Sequence record: DRR378314_2472
Length of the DNA: 20,000 bases
Reading direction: 5' to 3' (one strand)
Position 1 is the first letter of the stretch, and the number at the start of each line of letters is the position of its first letter. Below are positions 19,286-20,000 of this stretch, piece by piece. A program made the position numbers and the translations under genes. The notes below the pieces were generated by a model that worked only from the letters and a program-made list of their open reading frames with translations, ran no database searches and was not told where the DNA came from.

Positions 19286-19972
19286 ATGGTGATAGCTCAC
19301 AATCATTGGGGGCGGATCATAGAAAAATTTTACAAATTCTTGGCGGGCAGAAGGCCATTCGAGTTCGTATCAGTCATCGCGATCGTTGTGGCACTCGTAG
19401 ACTTATTTTGGGTCGACGTTACTTGGGTAACGGTTGCGCTTTTAGGTATCGCCACAGCCCCTTGGGTGTTTTCGCTCGAAAAACTGCCTAAATATATTTC
19501 CTCTTTTGAACTTCCAGGCGGCGCGAAAGTTGAGTTGCGCGACGCCAGTGAGGAGGCAAAAGGAATAGAACTAGAAGAGCCGATTGAAACCGCAGATGTG
19601 GATTCCTTCATCGAGGTAATTCGTCAAAATCCGGACTTAACCTTGGTGGGGCTGCGTCTCGAGATAGAGCGTCGACTACGGACTTTGTCTCACAAGTTGG
19701 GACTTGATACCGACCAACGGTATGTGTCGATACGACGTCTGCAAGCTTCTTTGAGAGAGGCAGGTATGCTCACTCAACAAGAAGCGTCATTGTTGAATGA
19801 TCTGTGGCCAGTCCTGAATCGAGCTGCGCATGCGCAGAGTATAGATAGTGACTCACAAGGTTGGGCTATCAGTGCAGCTAAGCCGTTAATCAATAATCTG
19901 GACGTCCGAATAGATCGCCTAGATAAAAGAAAAGATCCGGCCAAGCCGGACAATAAAGAATGGTCGGAGTGA
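19286..19972 (+). CDS. AT-rich hypothetical protein: N-terminal 2 TM helices plus degenerate HEPN/DUF4145-like domain
   Basis: Hydrophobic N-terminal region, SFELPGGAKVEL linker, LRLEIERRLR helix, L...G.L, and LNRAAH at the expected R-x4-H position. Start is uncertain. Confidence 0.65.
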   Translation: MVIAHNHWGRIIEKFYKFLAGRRPFEFVSVIAIVVALVDLFWVDVTWVTVALLGIATAPWVFSLEKLPKYISSFELPGGAKVELRDASEEAKGIELEEPIETADVDSFIEVIRQNPDLTLVGLRLEIERRLRTLSHKLGLDTDQRYVSIRRLQASLREAGMLTQQEASLLNDLWPVLNRAAHAQSIDSDSQGWAISAAKPLINNLDVRIDRLDKRKDPAKPDNKEWSE

Positions 19973-20000
19973 GAGGATTCGAACCTCCGGCCCCTGCCTC
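19961..20000 (-). tRNA. tRNA-Pro, 3' half (runs off the window; anticodon not visible)
   Basis: Minus strand GAGGCAGGGGCCGGAGGTTCGAATCCTCTCACTCCGACCA shows the T arm GGAGG-TTCGAAT-CCTCT, an acceptor strand ending CCG-A-CCA typical of tRNA-Pro, and an encoded CCA. Confidence 0.85.

Noticed and set aside
1..20000. CRISPR array, IS element, integrase, or a second copy of the tRNA-Pro 3' end (att pair)
   Set aside because: No repeat-spacer array, transposase or recombinase motif, or tRNA-end duplication was seen by eye. Short or degenerate repeats could have been missed.

Overview
A GC-rich alphaproteobacterial chromosome segment, probably Caulobacterales/Hyphomonadaceae-like. The taxonomy is inferred from recA-alaS synteny, a GAAC-N7-GTAC LexA box, a CtrA box and a SAM-alpha riboswitch. 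Most of the window is housekeeping: tadA 3' end, Kef-type K+/H+ antiporter, yybP-ykoY riboswitch with a UPF0016 Mn exporter, LysR, TauE/SafE, acyl-CoA dehydrogenase, DUF2165, ttcA, XRE-2TM regulator, DUF4440 lipoprotein, rnhB, qor, DUF2093-M23 peptidase, recA, alaS, SAM-II riboswitch with metA, and the 3' half of a tRNA-Pro. Five things deserve follow-up. (1) A stand-alone GIY-YIG nuclease with a perfect CtrA box sits downstream of rnhB, where ccrM lies in Caulobacter. (2) An uncharacterised basic protein is followed by a ~230-nt non-coding region rich in nested hairpins. (3) Two separate AT-rich islets each combine membrane segments with a HEPN-like domain. (4) Five motifs at an exact 11-bp period lie upstream of the XRE-2TM gene. 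(5) A complete-looking LysR-type divergent promoter, RBS and ATG have no credible gene behind them. All family calls come from motif recognition by eye; no searches were run.
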